From NCBI RefSeq assembly GCF_018977255.1, contig NW_024704743.1, forward strand, positions 75,704,001 through 75,768,000: a stretch of DNA of 64,000 bases, written 5' to 3'. A model generated the notes under the pieces. It was given only the letters and a program-made list of their open reading frames with translations, was not told where the DNA came from and ran no database searches. Both the position numbers and the translations under genes were made by a program. Numbering within the stretch: position 1 is the first letter of the stretch; every line of letters starts with the position of its first letter. Below, one piece after another: positions 1-13,319 of the stretch. Source of the stretch: Callorhinchus milii (taxonomy: Eukaryota).

Positions 1-135
1 GCAGGGAATGTGGGATGGAGTTCCAGAGGGTGGGGGCTGAGAGGCTGAACGCCTGACCGCTGATGGTAGGGCTGACCATGCGGGGGACGTGAAGTAGGCC
101 AGAGCCTGCTGAGCAGAGGGAGTGGACAGAATGAT
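1..135 (-). mobile_element. L2 LINE 3' fragment
   Basis: tgtgggatggagttccagagggtgggggctgagaggctgaa matches the L2 copies at 17490 and 24830. Confidence 0.8.
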
Positions 136-3009
136 ATGGGCATAAATAGAATAAGTCCAGCCCCTAGTGGAATTTCTCCCCCAAAACGTAGTTATTATTT
201 TTGCTTTTATCTGTCACAGCTGAGTTATATACAACCACTTCAGTCACTTAACTATGGCAATGCATCTGTCAGAAAGTGAAAAGGATTGTGTTTTTCCTCT
301 TCAATCAGTCATTTTTCAAGGGAAGCTCCCTCTAACTGGAAATATATCTTGAAGTAGTATGACTGGTGACATCTTAGGACCTCAAGGACCCAGACATATC
401 TGATTTAATATGTGATGAAGACATTTCCTCAAGTAAGTACTTGACAGCTGCACTCTGTTTTCTTGAATCCATCTTTGCTGGATACAGGCTAAAGATCACC
501 ACCAATGTCACCTGATATCAGACACATGCTGGATCAACCAAGGGATGGGTCACTGAGATTTTAAAAGACATTACACGCCTATGTCAAAATTTACAAAGGG
601 ATTCTGATAAACCCGAGCAATTGCTCTCAGGGAACCAAAAGTTGCATTAAATAGGAATGAATGTTTTGTTAGACTAAAAATCTCTAAATGTCAGATTGTT
701 ATCCCTGCAATAGGGTAGCTCAATCACTTCATGTGACACTAGAAGTTTTGGGTTGAATCTGGATCTGGTCCAGTCAATAGGTCATCCTTTCTAGGTCAAT
801 AGAATGAATATCATTTTTAAAAGTATTCCAGGGGGTGGAGGGGGAAATCTGGATTCCAAAATCTGGATTGAGAGCTGGATTAGACATTTGTGGCTCTGTT
901 GCCAAAATTATTAGTGGGTCCCAATTTCATGTGCTGTATTTATAAGTAATGGGCCCACGGTGGACTGGCTATCCGAAAGGCTCAGGATTGTGAGGTAAAA
1001 TAGGGCCACTGACTCACGTGGGGCACTTGGCAGCCAATAATGGGGGCGACACAGTGAAGCCTGGCTAGAATGAGGGAAATGGGCATATGTAGCTTTATAT
1101 GAGTAAGGACACTTGCAGCAGAGTTTGGATCAGTGGAAGCTTATGAATGGTGGAGGTGGGCTGTGCCAGTGAGGAGGCTATTTGAAAAGTCGATTCTGGA
1201 GGTGGTGAAGCGGTGACTGAGCGATTTGGCAATGTTAGGTTTGAGACAGGGTTGGAGGCAGGCAACGTAGTGAAGATGTAGAAATGCAGTTTTGAGCAGG
1301 GCAACACCAGCAACTACTGTGTAGTTCCCACCACATAGGATAACGTCTCATATCACTTCACAATGGCACGGTCCAATGTCGAACAGGGAGAACACCAAGG
1401 GAGAGGGAGGAAGAGCAGGTAACCATAGGCATTGTCAAAGAGGTGGGTTTTCACACAGGATTAAAGAAAGATAGAGAGGGGGTGGTGAGATGGAGGGATA
1501 GAGGGAGGAGTCACTGAGATTGGAATTTACAGTAACAATATTTATTTGTGTCACCAAATTTATGTTCTACAGTGGATTGCGAACACTGATGTCTCTGGTG
1601 ATACCAACACTTGGTCTTGGATTTGGGATTTTGTTAAGCAACAACTTATATTTATATAGAAACCTCCAAGTAGGGCAATGTCCCAGAGTGCTGTAAAGTG
1701 GTAGTGTTTGATGCTGAAGAAGGTGGAAGGGGTGGTGGCCATACTACTACTACTAATAGTAATCCTTGCATTTGATATAAAGCCTAGTCATGTCTTTGAG
1801 ATGTCTCATAGTCCAAGAAGTTGTTTTTTCATATGAAATAGATACAGAGGGGGCGAGGCAGAGGGATAGATGCAGGGAGTTAAAGAATGATGAGCCCTAT
1901 TTTCTGTGTAATATGTTCGACATCTTCCCATTTAACATAATTAGAGGCAAAATTGACCTAAAGGCAATTTGAATTTCCGAGATGGGAATTGTAGTCTGAG
2001 ATGAAGTGGAAATTATACTTTAAAATACCTTCATTTGCCTAAATAAATAAAATATGAATAACATAATTTATTAATACATCATTCCAGGCTTTTGGTTTTA
2101 TCTTGCAAGTTGCTTAAAAGTAGCTGTTATAATAATAATAATCCTTGCATTTGATATAGTGCCTTATCACATCTTTGAGACGTTTCAAAGCACTTCACAG
2201 AATATACTGTAAAGTGAATTGACTGACAGTTTTGTGGGCGAATATAATATGAGGTTGTAACATTTGATAAATATTGCTTTGCTTATCCTTTCTTCTTCTC
2301 TTGCCATTTACATTGTTACCATTGTACTAACTTATTTGGCAACCTTTTGAATGTTGCGTTTTTCCTGTTTGACAGGGTAACATAACATTTCATCTGGTAA
2401 CTACAATGGTTAACAGGCTTGTTAACTATTCTCTTGTAATGATTACATTTTACTTAAATTTATGTTGTGGGCTATTCTGTTTTTCTGAGCTTTACTGATC
2501 GACCAGTTTTGAGTTACAACAAGAATCATTAACAAGCAAAAAACATTTGTCAAAAGAAACTACCATAACTGATCGGTAGACCAACTCTAATGGTATAAGA
2601 TGTATACTCTCCCAGTTCTGTAAGAGGAAGACTTGCTGAACCGGAAAATATGAGCTCCTTTGCCTTTCCCTTCCACAGTGGCCTTATAGATAGTCATCAG
2701 CCATTGCAGCATTAAACCATTCAAATTGCCTGTTTCGCTTACCAATTGAGCTAACCAGCGAAGCTGCATTAAACAAGGTGTTTGAAAATGTTCAGATTCA
2801 AAAAATCTGCAGATGTTAGGGGGCGTGAATGGGATCGTTTACACCCGTACTCTGTAGATAACTATCTGAAATCCCAATGTTTCTGTGACACAGCAGCTAA
2901 TTTTTGTACCCATGGGTGCATAACAGGCATCAATAGCATCACCAGAGCACCCAATTACTCCATTAGTCCTGTAAGAAAGCACCCAGGTTGTACAGTGCTT
3001 GTTTCTTAC

Positions 3010-3138
3010 CTCCAGTCATCCTTTGAAAGATTGAAGAGGATGTTCATTTCCTCATCCTCCTGTAGGAGGCGATAAGCAGCACTGACATGATGGTTCTCCA
3101 GTACTGAGTGGTCATTGTACAGGATTGCTGAATCAGAC
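3010..3138 (-). CDS. PDE1C: PDE1C coding exon (129 nt): (R)SDSAILYNDHSVLENHHVSAAYRLLQEDEEMNILFNLSKDDW(R), catalytic domain
   Basis: Manual translation gives the PDE motif YND.SVLENHH. Acceptor aag| and donor AG|gtaag; phase 2-2, in frame with the exon at 6940-7040. Confidence 0.95.
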
Positions 3139-3639
3139 CTTCAATTAGAAACAAGAGTTCACACCAGTTAAAGTAAGACAGTGCCTCTCTGTCCAAGATT
3201 TAATCCTCTTGGAAAGCAAATTTAGTTTGTTGCAATTAAACCTTTAGTCAAAGCATCATTTTATAAATTTACTTTTCAATTCCTATGGACCTAAATTGTT
3301 TAACTTTAGAACTGTAGGTTATGCTCCCAACATAAAGTGATTTTTTCATGTGTTTGCTATGATCGTAATGCCAGTAAAAAGATCAAACAAATTTACTTGA
3401 CAATACTAATGAGATCATTGTTCCCTGTTCAAATATTAATACTGAACAAATTATATGGAGCCTGCACTGCAAAACTGACTGTGTAAATTACTTTTTCCTG
3501 AGATTACAGCATTAGGATATGACTGTGAACATTTTCTGAAATTCGATTAACAGAAACATGAAAGGAGCTCTAGCTGTCAAACAATCGCTAAATAATCTGT
3601 CTATGAGGGATTTTGTTAGAGTAAATTTCAAATTGTTAG

Positions 3640-3813
3640 GGTAAATTCCCTTTCAAATGCAAATTGGATAGCTACTTGAAGAAGAAACATTTGCAAGGGT
3701 TTGGGGAAAGAGCAAGCAAGTGGGACTGATTAGGTAGCTCTTCCAAAGAGCCGGCACTGTCACGATGGGCTGAATGGCCTCCTTCTGTGTTGTTATATTG
3801 TGTGATTCTATGA
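3640..3813 (+). mobile_element. CR1 LINE 3' end
   Basis: Typical CR1 3' terminus gatgggctgaatggcctccttctgtg...gattctatga; similar ends at 57850 and 20690 (rc). Confidence 0.75.
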
Positions 3814-3930
3814 AATAAAGAGAAGTTATTTAAGATACAAAAACTAAAAGAGGGTATGTCAATAAAATCAGGAGAGACTAAGGTCGTGTTGACTCACGCA
3901 GAATGAATAGACCAGTTTGCCAAGGAGAAA

Positions 3931-4371
3931 AGAATAATAATTATTGCATTTGATATAGCGCCTTTCGTGTCCTTCAGATGTCTCAAATGCTTCACAGGAT
4001 TTTCTGTAGAATGGAGTGACTATGTATTTTGTAGATGAATTCGACAGTGAATCTGCACACACCAATGACCTACAAACAGCAATGAAGTGAATGACCAAAT
4101 TTCTGGGGGATTATTGAACGGGACATGGGAAAAAAACTCCTTTCTCTTTTTGAATAGGCCTGGGATCTTTAATATCCACTAAATAATCAGATGGGGTTTT
4201 GTTTCAATATCTCATCTGAAGAACGGTTTCTCGGACAATGCAACGCTTTCCCAGTACTATAATGGCGTCAGCCGAAACTCTGAGCTCAATGCCCTGATGT
4301 TGAACCCACTATGCAGCTTGAACCCACAAACGTTCTGACTCAGAGGTGAGAGTGCTTTCAACTGAGCCAGG
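3931..4371 (-). mobile_element. DeuSINE-family SINE, near full length, diverged
   Basis: tRNA-like head (rc tggctcagttgaaagcactctcacctctgagtcaga), Deu-type core (gatgagatattgaaac...aagatccc...ctattcaaaaagaga) and the L2-type tail. Confidence 0.75.
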
Positions 4372-5749
4372 CAAGCTCAGCTATCAGCAGCCATACTGAG
4401 GAGTTAGGAACTAGAAGAGAGATGTCTGGAAAGGGACAGGTCAAGAATGAACTGGGTCAGAGGTCATGGTGACTCCAAAGAAGGAGCAAATTAGTCTTCC
4501 TCAGAGCTGACAGCTGTCACACTAGCAATAGAGATTCAGAAATAGAAGGTCTAGAAGAGAGCAATTAAGTGGTATTACTGACTTGCGATTTGATAATCCC
4601 TTATTGTGGTGATGCTATAGTGCGAGCAACAAGGCAGAGCACAAAGAGAAGGAAGGTAGCAGAGGGCAACAATCGGTGCCCATGAAACCGTACTCCGGCA
4701 TTCTTAGAGCCTTCAGGGCAGAGAGGCTGAAAACTAGAGCAGAAAAACAAAAGGCTTCTATATTTATTTTCTGTGTGGTCAAAGCCAACCTGTCTGCCCA
4801 CTCCACCCCAGCAGTGACTGAAACAATCTCCAGTGTAGAAATAGCTTGGCCAACAATTGTTTGGCTCAAAAACAGAAAAAGCTTCCCACCACTGGCATTA
4901 TCACTGTTGACCACAGAACACAGTGTCTGATTGATTCTGCATGGGATACCAGCCTATATCACAGGAATCATACACTGAAAGTTTGTTAAAACTAAAGGTA
5001 CAGTTGAAAAAGATTATAGAAGTGGATTACTAATCAAGTCTTAATTAATTTGAAATACGTCAGCTAGTTCCCTTAGTGAAATAGTTTTTCTTTCCAGTTT
5101 CTCATTTTCTCTTTAGTTACTGTGATAAAATCTCACCAATACAGTCGAAGGGTTGTAAGCAATGTGGTGCTATGCGATTAGCTTCAGCTCTGCAATCTCG
5201 AAGGGCATAATAGCGATTGAAGCTAGACATCAAAGAAAAGACTTTCACCTTTCACATCTCCTTCAATGTGGTGTGACTTATAGTAAATTAATATATTTTA
5301 AAGCATCATTGAAGTTTAAAGGAATACAACTTAACCGGTTGCCTAACAGGAATTGCTACGATACAAAGTAATGGACAGCATCTTAACGTTGTGTCAAGAA
5401 AATGAGATGACAGGTACGTAACCATTTTAATTCCCACATACTTGATATACATGAATAAATCTTTACCAATTCGTCAAAGTTCATGCTCTACACCAAGGAG
5501 TAAGAACGACAGTATTTTCCATAATCTGATTGTTTGTCAGATTCAGGCTCTTCAGCCTCACAAAGACACCTTTCAGAGGGGACCTTCTAGACAAATATAA
5601 GAGGCGTAATGGGATAGAGAAAGTAAACCCAGAACATTGCTTTCAAATACAACAAGGCCGTATGATTACTGAGTTTAGGATTGTGAAGGGCAAGTTTAGG
5701 AAGGATGCCAGGAAATATTTATTTAAGTATTAAGGTGCTAGGGTAATTA

Positions 5750-6123
5750 ATAATAATAATAATCCTTGCATTTGATATAGCACATTATCATATCTTCTCA
5801 AAGCCCCTCACAGAATATACTGTAAAGTTAACTGACTATATTTTTGTAAACAAAATGGGCAGCCAGTTGTGCACAGCAGTGTTCCACAAACAGTCGTGGA
5901 TTGAATGACCAAATATGTTTTTTTTAAAAGGGATTATTACCTCTGGAAAAGCGATGCGGCAATCGACTAACAACCGGGTTCTTACTTACTGTTACGTAAA
6001 CAGAGGCATGTGGAGTAAGGAAACTTGCCTAACAACTTGCCTAACGTTTTGCCCTGCCCTGGAATCAAACCCATGTCCTCTCATTTGTGAGATGAGTGCT
6101 CTAACCACTAAGCTACAGGACGC
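5750..6123 (-). mobile_element. Older long-form tRNA/CORE-like/Deu-tail SINE
   Basis: Head rc tcctgtagcttagtggttagagcactc, then ggcaagtttccttactccacatgcctctgtttacg..., then the tail and (ATT)n. Confidence 0.8.
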
Positions 6124-6269
6124 CTGAAAATTAACAGCAAGGAAGGGTGGTAAAGGCCAGGCCATTGGACTCAATTAATGACATTTGAGAAATAACCTCA
6201 TGGACTGAAATTTATTGCCGTGTGTCCATGTGAAAACCCATCACCATACATAAGAATATCCAAACCAGA

Positions 6270-6552
6270 CAGATAAACTGAGGCAATCTCTGCCTGTTCA
6301 GGTGGATGTTAAAGATCCCACCACACTATTCAAAGAGAAGGAAGTTTTTCCTGGTGTCCTAGCCAATAATCAATCCCCCAGATAAAATTGATAATTTGCT
6401 TCATAACTCTTGGCAACACTGCTGTGTGATAATTGTCTACCGGATTCGCCTATAGAATGCAGTCACTGTACTTTAGAATAAATCCTGTGAAGTACTTTGA
6501 GACATCCTCCTGACATAAAAGGCAGTATATGAAGTGCAAGGCCTATTGTTGT
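6270..6552 (+). mobile_element. DeuSINE fragment (core and tail)
   Basis: ctgcctgttcaggtggatgttaaagatccca...cctggtgtcctagccaat...gagacatcctcctgacat. Confidence 0.7.
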
Positions 6553-6939
6553 AGCTTGAGATATGCAAGCAATATATGCATGGAAATGTCACTGTGTCTG
6601 GAATGGAATGCACACATTCTCTCATGTGGGACGCACCCTGCTTGCCTAATTCTGGAGAGTATTAAGTTCAAGTTAAGAGCCAAGACTTGGGGACCCTAGA
6701 GTAGGCATTGGTGTACTGCTGGAGCTTAGATACTTGAAAGCACTGTCTAACATCCCATCAGCTGCTTTCCAGCTGGGAACACTCCACCCATTAGAACTTT
6801 GGTTTGCAGGGTTAAACAGGAGACGAGTGGGAAGAATTCCTGCTCTCAGTAGCCTATAAATTGCTAAGTAAATGAAATGTAAAGCATTTCTCATGCCATT
6901 GAATTTAATGAAAAATGGACTAGCCTGTCCATCTGTTAC

Positions 6940-7040
6940 CTGGTCTGGATGTGGAAGTTGTTTGTGGTTCCTGTGTGCTCGTAGTCATGGATAGCAGCTG
7001 CAAATATCATGGCGAGGATTTCCAGTTCAGTCAGCCAGTG
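6940..7040 (-). CDS. PDE1C: PDE1C coding exon (101 nt): HWLTELEILAMIFAAAIHDYEHTGTTNNFHIQT(R)
   Basis: Contains the class I PDE signature HDYEHTGTTN. Acceptor ttttttctag| and donor AG|gtaac. Not in the supplied ORF track; read manually. Confidence 0.96.
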
Positions 7041-7167
7041 CTAGAAAAAACAAAGCAGGTGAATTCTGGATCAATCAAATGGTTTGAATCAGAAAATTCT
7101 CTTCTTCATTCAAACCATACACTTCCTTACTTCTTCCCTGCAGTTACACTAAGTACAAAGTTAGAGG

Positions 7168-7498
7168 TAATAATAATAATAATAATAATAATCCTTGCAT
7201 TTGATATAGCGCTTTTCACGTCGGGAGGACGTCCCAAAGCGCTTCACAGAATAGACTGTAAAGTGAATTGACTGTATATTTGTGGGCGAACGCGGCAGCC
7301 AATTGCGCACAGCAATGTCCCACAAACAGTCGTAGATTGAAAATGACCAATTTATTATTGTTTTTTTTTGTTTTGGAGGGATTATTATTAGGCGTGTGGA
7401 GTAAGGAAACTTGCCCAAGGTTTCGCCCTGCCTGGAATTGAACTCAGGTCTCTCACTTGCAAAGCGAGTGCTCTAACCACTGAGCTACAGGACTCCAC
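7168..7498 (-). mobile_element. Young full-length tRNA-Ala-derived SINE (CORE-like segment, Deu 3' part, L2-type tail, (ATT)n)
   Basis: Near-identical to 52255-52575. Pol III A box TAGCTCAGTGG and B box GAGTTCAATTCC. Sits 127 bp upstream of the exon 7040 acceptor. Confidence 0.92.
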
Positions 7499-8664
7499 AT
7501 ACATGTCATAACTTAGCTCTTTACAGCACATTTTATCCTGGGAGGTGATACAGTTGAAGATTGCATAGAAATGTGAGAGATGCTGCATTGGAATGTGTGC
7601 ACTGACTGAAAAATAATAATATTCACTGAAGGGGATCCAACTCCTCTGGGAATCCAGAGACAATTTCAAAATAATTAGCTCGGCATTTTTAAGAGATTTA
7701 GTTTTTTGTGAATGTTGAAATCCTGAACGGTTTTTCCGAGTGCTTTTCTGAGGGGTTCAGAAGGATTCTGAGAAAACTGGCTAATTGTTCAGATGTTAAT
7801 CGAGTGGCTCAATCAGGAACACTCTGGGTTAGAATGCAGCTGAGTGCAAGGACTTGAACCACCAGACAGACACTATGGTGCAGTACTTGAAGGGAGACAG
7901 CACAGCATTCAGATGAGACTTCAAGCTCAAAATTGTGAAGAATTTGACCAGTTACTGGGGAGAGAGTCCAACGCTGTTCACAGACATTAGCAGACATGGA
8001 AAGAAGTGGTCAACTGAAACATAACTAATCAGTGCGTACCATGACGTTGAGACTTTGAGTTGGGAATTGCAATGATTGAGGCAGGGAAGAGTTTGTGTAT
8101 TTGGATGCCTGTAAAAATACTTTCAAATGTAGCGTCCAATCTGAAAGTGTAGGTGAAAGTTTTGAACTGGTATGTGGAAACGCAGCAAAAATGTTCGTCA
8201 TAGCCTGAGGAAATCTCAAATTGGTTCACAAAACTGAGTGGGAGCCAGAGCGGAGTGGGGGGAGGGGAGCAAACTGTGTCAAAAGGTGGCTGAAAGCAAG
8301 GTGGAAGAAATTAATAATAATAATAATCCTTGCATTTGATATAGCGCTTTTCACGTCTTCTAGACGTCCAAATTGGTTTTAAGGTAGGTTTTGGAGGTGA
8401 GAGAGAATGGGCAAGACGGAGGCACTATGCGTGGAGTTCCAGAAAGCAGAGGCAAGATTTGTGCAAATTCATCTATGAGTGGTGCGACATGAAGCAGGCC
8501 AGTGTTTGCTGAGTGGAGGGAGCGGCTGAGCCAGTTGGTCTGCTATATTTGTTTTATTGAACTGGACTCATTTTCTATACTGCCTTTTATCATTCTGTCC
8601 CTAAATAAAAGAGTGCTCTATAAAATGAAAGAGTAATCATCAGGAAGCTGGGAGAATAAATAAC

Positions 8665-9102
8665 AAGAAGCCTTGCATTTGATATGATGTCATCAAGACA
8701 TATCAAAGCGCTTCACAAATTTTTACTGTGAAACGTAATGACCGTATTTATAGCCACCGCAGCAGCCAATTTGCACAGTGTAATATCCCATAGACAGTAA
8801 TGTTCCAGAGACAATCACTAAACGAGTGACCAATTTTATCTGATGGATTGTTGGCCAGAACACTGGAAGAAACTCCCTTCCCTTTTCAAGTGGTGCGGTG
8901 AAGATCTTTACCAGCTAGCTGAACAGGCAGACAGGTTCTCGGTTTAACGACTCATCCAAAGGACTGCACCACCAGGAACACAGCATGCTCCCAGCACTCC
9001 ATTAATATATCAACCTAAACTATGTGAGTTCAATGTCCTGACGTGGGGCTTGAACTCACAACCTTCAGACTCAGAGTAGAGAGAGCTACCAAATGAGCCA
9101 GG
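8665..9102 (-). mobile_element. DeuSINE, near full length
   Basis: Same head/core/tail layout as 3931-4371 and 51165-51595. Confidence 0.75.
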
Positions 9103-11994
9103 CTACAGGTTTGAAAGCATTCCAAACAATTCCCAGCAATGGTACACGAGACACAACTGCTAAAACGCCAATAGAATGTAAACATATCTCAGAATCTCAA
9201 CAAGATGTTCATCAAGAGTTGCTTTACATAGACGTTGATTCCCCCTCCCTCTCAGTACAGGTTGCAAAAACCTATATTAAAAGGGGAGAATGGATACTTA
9301 AACCAAAATAGAATCAAAAGTAACTTGGAAAAAGACAAATGAAAAATCCCAGCAGGAATATTGCATGTCCCAATGGGTGCCGGTAAGTCTGACTGACTGG
9401 AACTCATAAAGTCATTAACACCAAAGGAACATATTTTTTGTCAGGGTTCTGAAGCTAAGTTATTGGTCCATCTACCTGCACAACATTACCATTGCAGTCA
9501 ATGCTTGTGCGCTGAGGCTCTGTGGTCTGGAGTTTGCAATATGAGCATTAAGGACATTTGAGCAGTAAATCAGCCATAATGTCACTGAAGCAATAACACA
9601 TCATTTTCCACTTTTGTAAGTGTGTTAATTTCGCAGTAAATAAGCCATCCAATGAATTTAGCACTGGATTAATTGTTTTTATTAGCTTAGCGAGGCAGAA
9701 ATGAGTCATTTGACCCTTTGAAAACAACTGGAGCAGGATTTCCGATGGCATAAATAATTGAAAAAGCATGTGGTGCATAAAACTTGGGAGGCAAATAACA
9801 GCCAACCTTAGTACAGGACAAACGGCACCCAACACTTCAGAGAAAATCTACTTGTAGGCTCGTAAAAATGCTGCATAGGCAAAAGCCACTGAAACTAAAC
9901 TAATGTTAGCTCCTCCACTGTAATCCCAGTCTAATCCCAATTCCCTGCTTTTACCTCATACTCTTTAATATTCTTTCCCTTGCGAGGAGGTTGTTAATAA
10001 TTTACATTCTGCATCAAGAAACTAGCAAAAAGAAAAAAAATCATCAACAGGCTCATGAAGCCACAAGAGGTGACACCAGGCATCAGAGCCACTGAATTCC
10101 ACAAGCAGAAGGTGGCACGTTTCCTCATTGACAACTGTGAACCACCCACATTAATGTGCTGATCAGAATGAGATAAAGACAAAGCAACTCTTATTTTAAA
10201 TATCGGGCTTTCTTTTAATGTGGAAAACTGCAGACATTGGCTGAGCCATACTTAAGAGTATGCTGAAGGATAATAATAATTTTTGTATTTTATATAGCAT
10301 ATGCAACATCAAAATGTTTCAAAATGCTTTAAAATATATTGTTAAATGTCATGACTGTGTATTTGTAGATGAACACAGCAGCCAATTTGAGCATAGCAAT
10401 GTCCTATAAACAGTTCGGAGGTTAATGGCCAATTTATTTGGATAATTGTCACAGGGAACTGGGAGAAATTCCCTTCTATTTTTTGTAGTTGGTTTTGGTA
10501 CAGATCTATGGATGTTATAGAATAGCCAATGCTCTTCATTCTGCCCACAGTCTCTCTCACATGCTATTTGGTTACATTGATGATTTAATGGTAACTCAGG
10601 CTTTTCCTTTGTCTACCGATCTACTTATAAAATGAAGTCATCCTTTTGCCACAAAATATGATGCAGTGCAATTGGAACTGTATTCTCCTTGTAGTTTTTC
10701 TCTGGAGCCAACACAATTTTGCTTTTGAACCCAGAATGTGTGTTACAAGCTTGACTCGGAATCCCACCAAAACAAGAGAGATTAGTATTTATGCCCAATA
10801 CGTAGGTAGAATGATTGATGTGCATGCAGTAAATATAGATTACAGCCTTTCATCAACAATATTTTAAATGCTTTTGCTTGAAATTCAAACTCTCTCAGTA
10901 GATACATTTTGCAAAAGCTGTTATTGCAGCTGACTAGTCAGGCTCTATAAATATTTTGCATTCAACCTTCCTAAATTGCATCTTGTGGTGCTTTGATTCT
11001 TTATAAGATAAGATCCAATTTTTGCAGGGTTTCTGCAGTCCCATAGCGTTCTTTCATCAAACCAAAAAATAAACCCCACAAACAGGATGAAAATCCCGAT
11101 GTACATGGATGTGCAATGATTATTTGCCTATAAAAATAAATGGTTTCTGAACCTAATTTCAAGATGAATATTTGAATAATCCTGGAATCACTGACCCAAT
11201 ACTGCACTTTACTGTGACAGGTTCATCTGTGACAGATGAGCTGATGAATTGAGGGATACAGTGTGATAAAAATCTTTCTGAGCTATGCTTTGTTGAAATC
11301 TGCTGAAGCTATGGTACCTTTGTTGCAAAATGCAGTACAACAAATCCTGCTGTGAGGAATTAAGGGAGGTTCATAATCCAACATCATGAAAAATCAATCT
11401 AAGGCTTTAGTTAGCTTTTTAATCCCAGTTGATCCTGAACCAAATTTATAAAAAAAAAAAGACCAAGGAAAAGGGCAAGGGGAAAAAAAAGCAATATTTT
11501 CCACTCACATTTCTATTTGTTGTATAATTGATTGTTGCCAGTAATCCCATGAATCTGCACCCAAATATTTTTCCAATTAATTGATTTTGGTCTGTGCTCA
11601 GGACTTTCCCCATGGACTTCCCCACTAGGTTATCAGGGAGCTTTAAAATTCAATTTTAAATAGAATTTCATATTATGTCTCAAATATAATGTCACTAGTA
11701 CTTTACATTAGGTTGATTCATCAGCAGGAAAGGATAAATTACTGACTTATTGGACTTATTGGACTTCACTATTAAGTGGGTGAGTGCTCAATTATTAGAA
11801 ATGTTTATTGTTCAATGAAGCCAAATAATATTCACCATAACTTAACCTGTATCAAGTTACTGTGAGGTTATTATGTCATAAAACTTTTACCAATGTGCTA
11901 AGTGTGTTGTTAGTGTGCAGAACTGATAATGGTGGCCTTCAAGCCTGTAAAATAAACAAGAGACACCTAGCCTTAGCAGACCATTCCGCAAACA

Positions 11995-12069
11995 ATATCA
12001 TTGAATCTCATTGCAAGCCACATCAGTGAATCCCACTCTAAACCATATCAGTGAATCTCATTGTAAGCC
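11995..12069. repeat. 25-bp tandem repeat x3
   Basis: atatcattgaatctcattgcaagcc / acatcagtgaatcccactctaaacc / atatcagtgaatctcattgtaagcc. Confidence 0.85.
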
Positions 12070-12212
12070 TGTTGCAAGCCTCTTCATGCGTGCTGGCTAT
12101 ATTTTAATGAGACCCTATTACAACACGGGAACGAGATTCAAATCATTGTGTCATAACAAAGTTGGCCTATAGAAGGCAATCTTCATCAGGATTGACAGGT
12201 CTTGGGAAAAAA

Positions 12213-12540
12213 TTCCTCTGGCTCCGGTCTGCTCCACATCCCCCGCCCCAACCACCCTACCATCGGTGGCCGGGCCTTCAGGCCCTCAGCCCCTAGGCTC
12301 TGGAACTCTATCCCCCAGTGCTTTTGCCTCGCTTCCTCCCTTTCCGTCTCAAGACTTTTCTCTTTGACCGTGCCTTCAGCTCCCCTCTCGACTCTCTACC
12401 TCCTCCTCGCTCCCTCCCTTCCCTCCCATCACCCTGACCATTTCCCCCCTGCTCGGGTCCTGACCCAACTGTACAGCGCATTGGGACGTCCTCCCGACGT
12501 GAAAGGCGCTCTATAAATGGAATCTTGTTGTTGTTGTTGT
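12213..12540 (+). mobile_element. Young L2 LINE, 5'-truncated 3' end with (TTG)n tail
   Basis: Encodes the ORF end ..HIPRPNHPTIGGRAF..APRLWNSIP, then a C-rich 3'UTR, hairpin and (TTG)n. High identity to 15891, 18838 and 63313. Confidence 0.92.
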
Positions 12541-13319
12541 ATGTGTTCATACACATTGGGAATCCGGGCACAGCTCAAGTGTCTGATGTGGTGAACATCA
12601 TTCAAACCTCGAACAGTGACTTAGAATTAGGGTGGGATTCCCAAAGGTAAAATACTCTGAGGTGAAGAATGTATTAGCAATGAGGCTATATAGCTTAAGT
12701 CACTACTGCTACAAGTCTTTTAATATTAAACATAGCCTGGCCCATAAAAATGCTAGTCCTTAAGTGCCTTTCATTTCAATACATCATGTCCTCTCAATCT
12801 CTTCACTCTCTTTACACACAGTAGTTATTGTTGAATGACTTTTTGAAAACTTTGTTGTTTCTCCATAGTTTGCTCTCAGAGTGACTCCCAATCAGCGAGA
12901 CTAGATTAAGCGAGAATTGCTTTTCACACAATTTGTTCTTGTGAAGATTTTCATCAGCCCTTTCTATGCCTGGAGGGGAGAAATGCATTCCAGAAGGTTC
13001 TATTTGCATGGTGGTGTATGTGCACACTCATCATCATATGATGGGTAGTGTGCATTGACTTGTGTACATACAGACTGCCAGGCAATGGGTAGCAATATAT
13101 ACATATGTTTTGAGCCTGCCTAATCTTGGGATTCATTGGCTGCCTCCTGGATATCAAAATTCCACTAGGCTCAGCACCTAAACTTTTCCTGATGGTGCTG
13201 TGTTATTGGGAAATTAGCCAACCTGCTGCATATAAATCAGAAGGCAGGGGGTGTTACTGAGTCTGGTGATAAATATTAACTCAACATCCCACAGCAGATT
13301 AATTTCAAAATCCTCGTTC

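Noticed and set aside
1..3009. Next PDE1C exon (EFR.LVIEMVMATDMS..)
   Set aside because: No matching sequence seen; it presumably lies to the left of the window.
7161..7418. Recurring small ORFs (MGKFPYSTRL..., LVIFNLRLFVGHCCAQLAA...) suggesting a peptide family
   Set aside because: Incidental frames through SINE copies; the frames shift between copies at the A-rich linker.
7940..8225. Possible RTE-type LINE remnant (..GEEFVYL..)
   Set aside because: Too degenerate to support a call without a search.
11995..12069. CRISPR-like array
   Set aside because: Head-to-tail units without spacers, in a vertebrate intron, with no cas genes.
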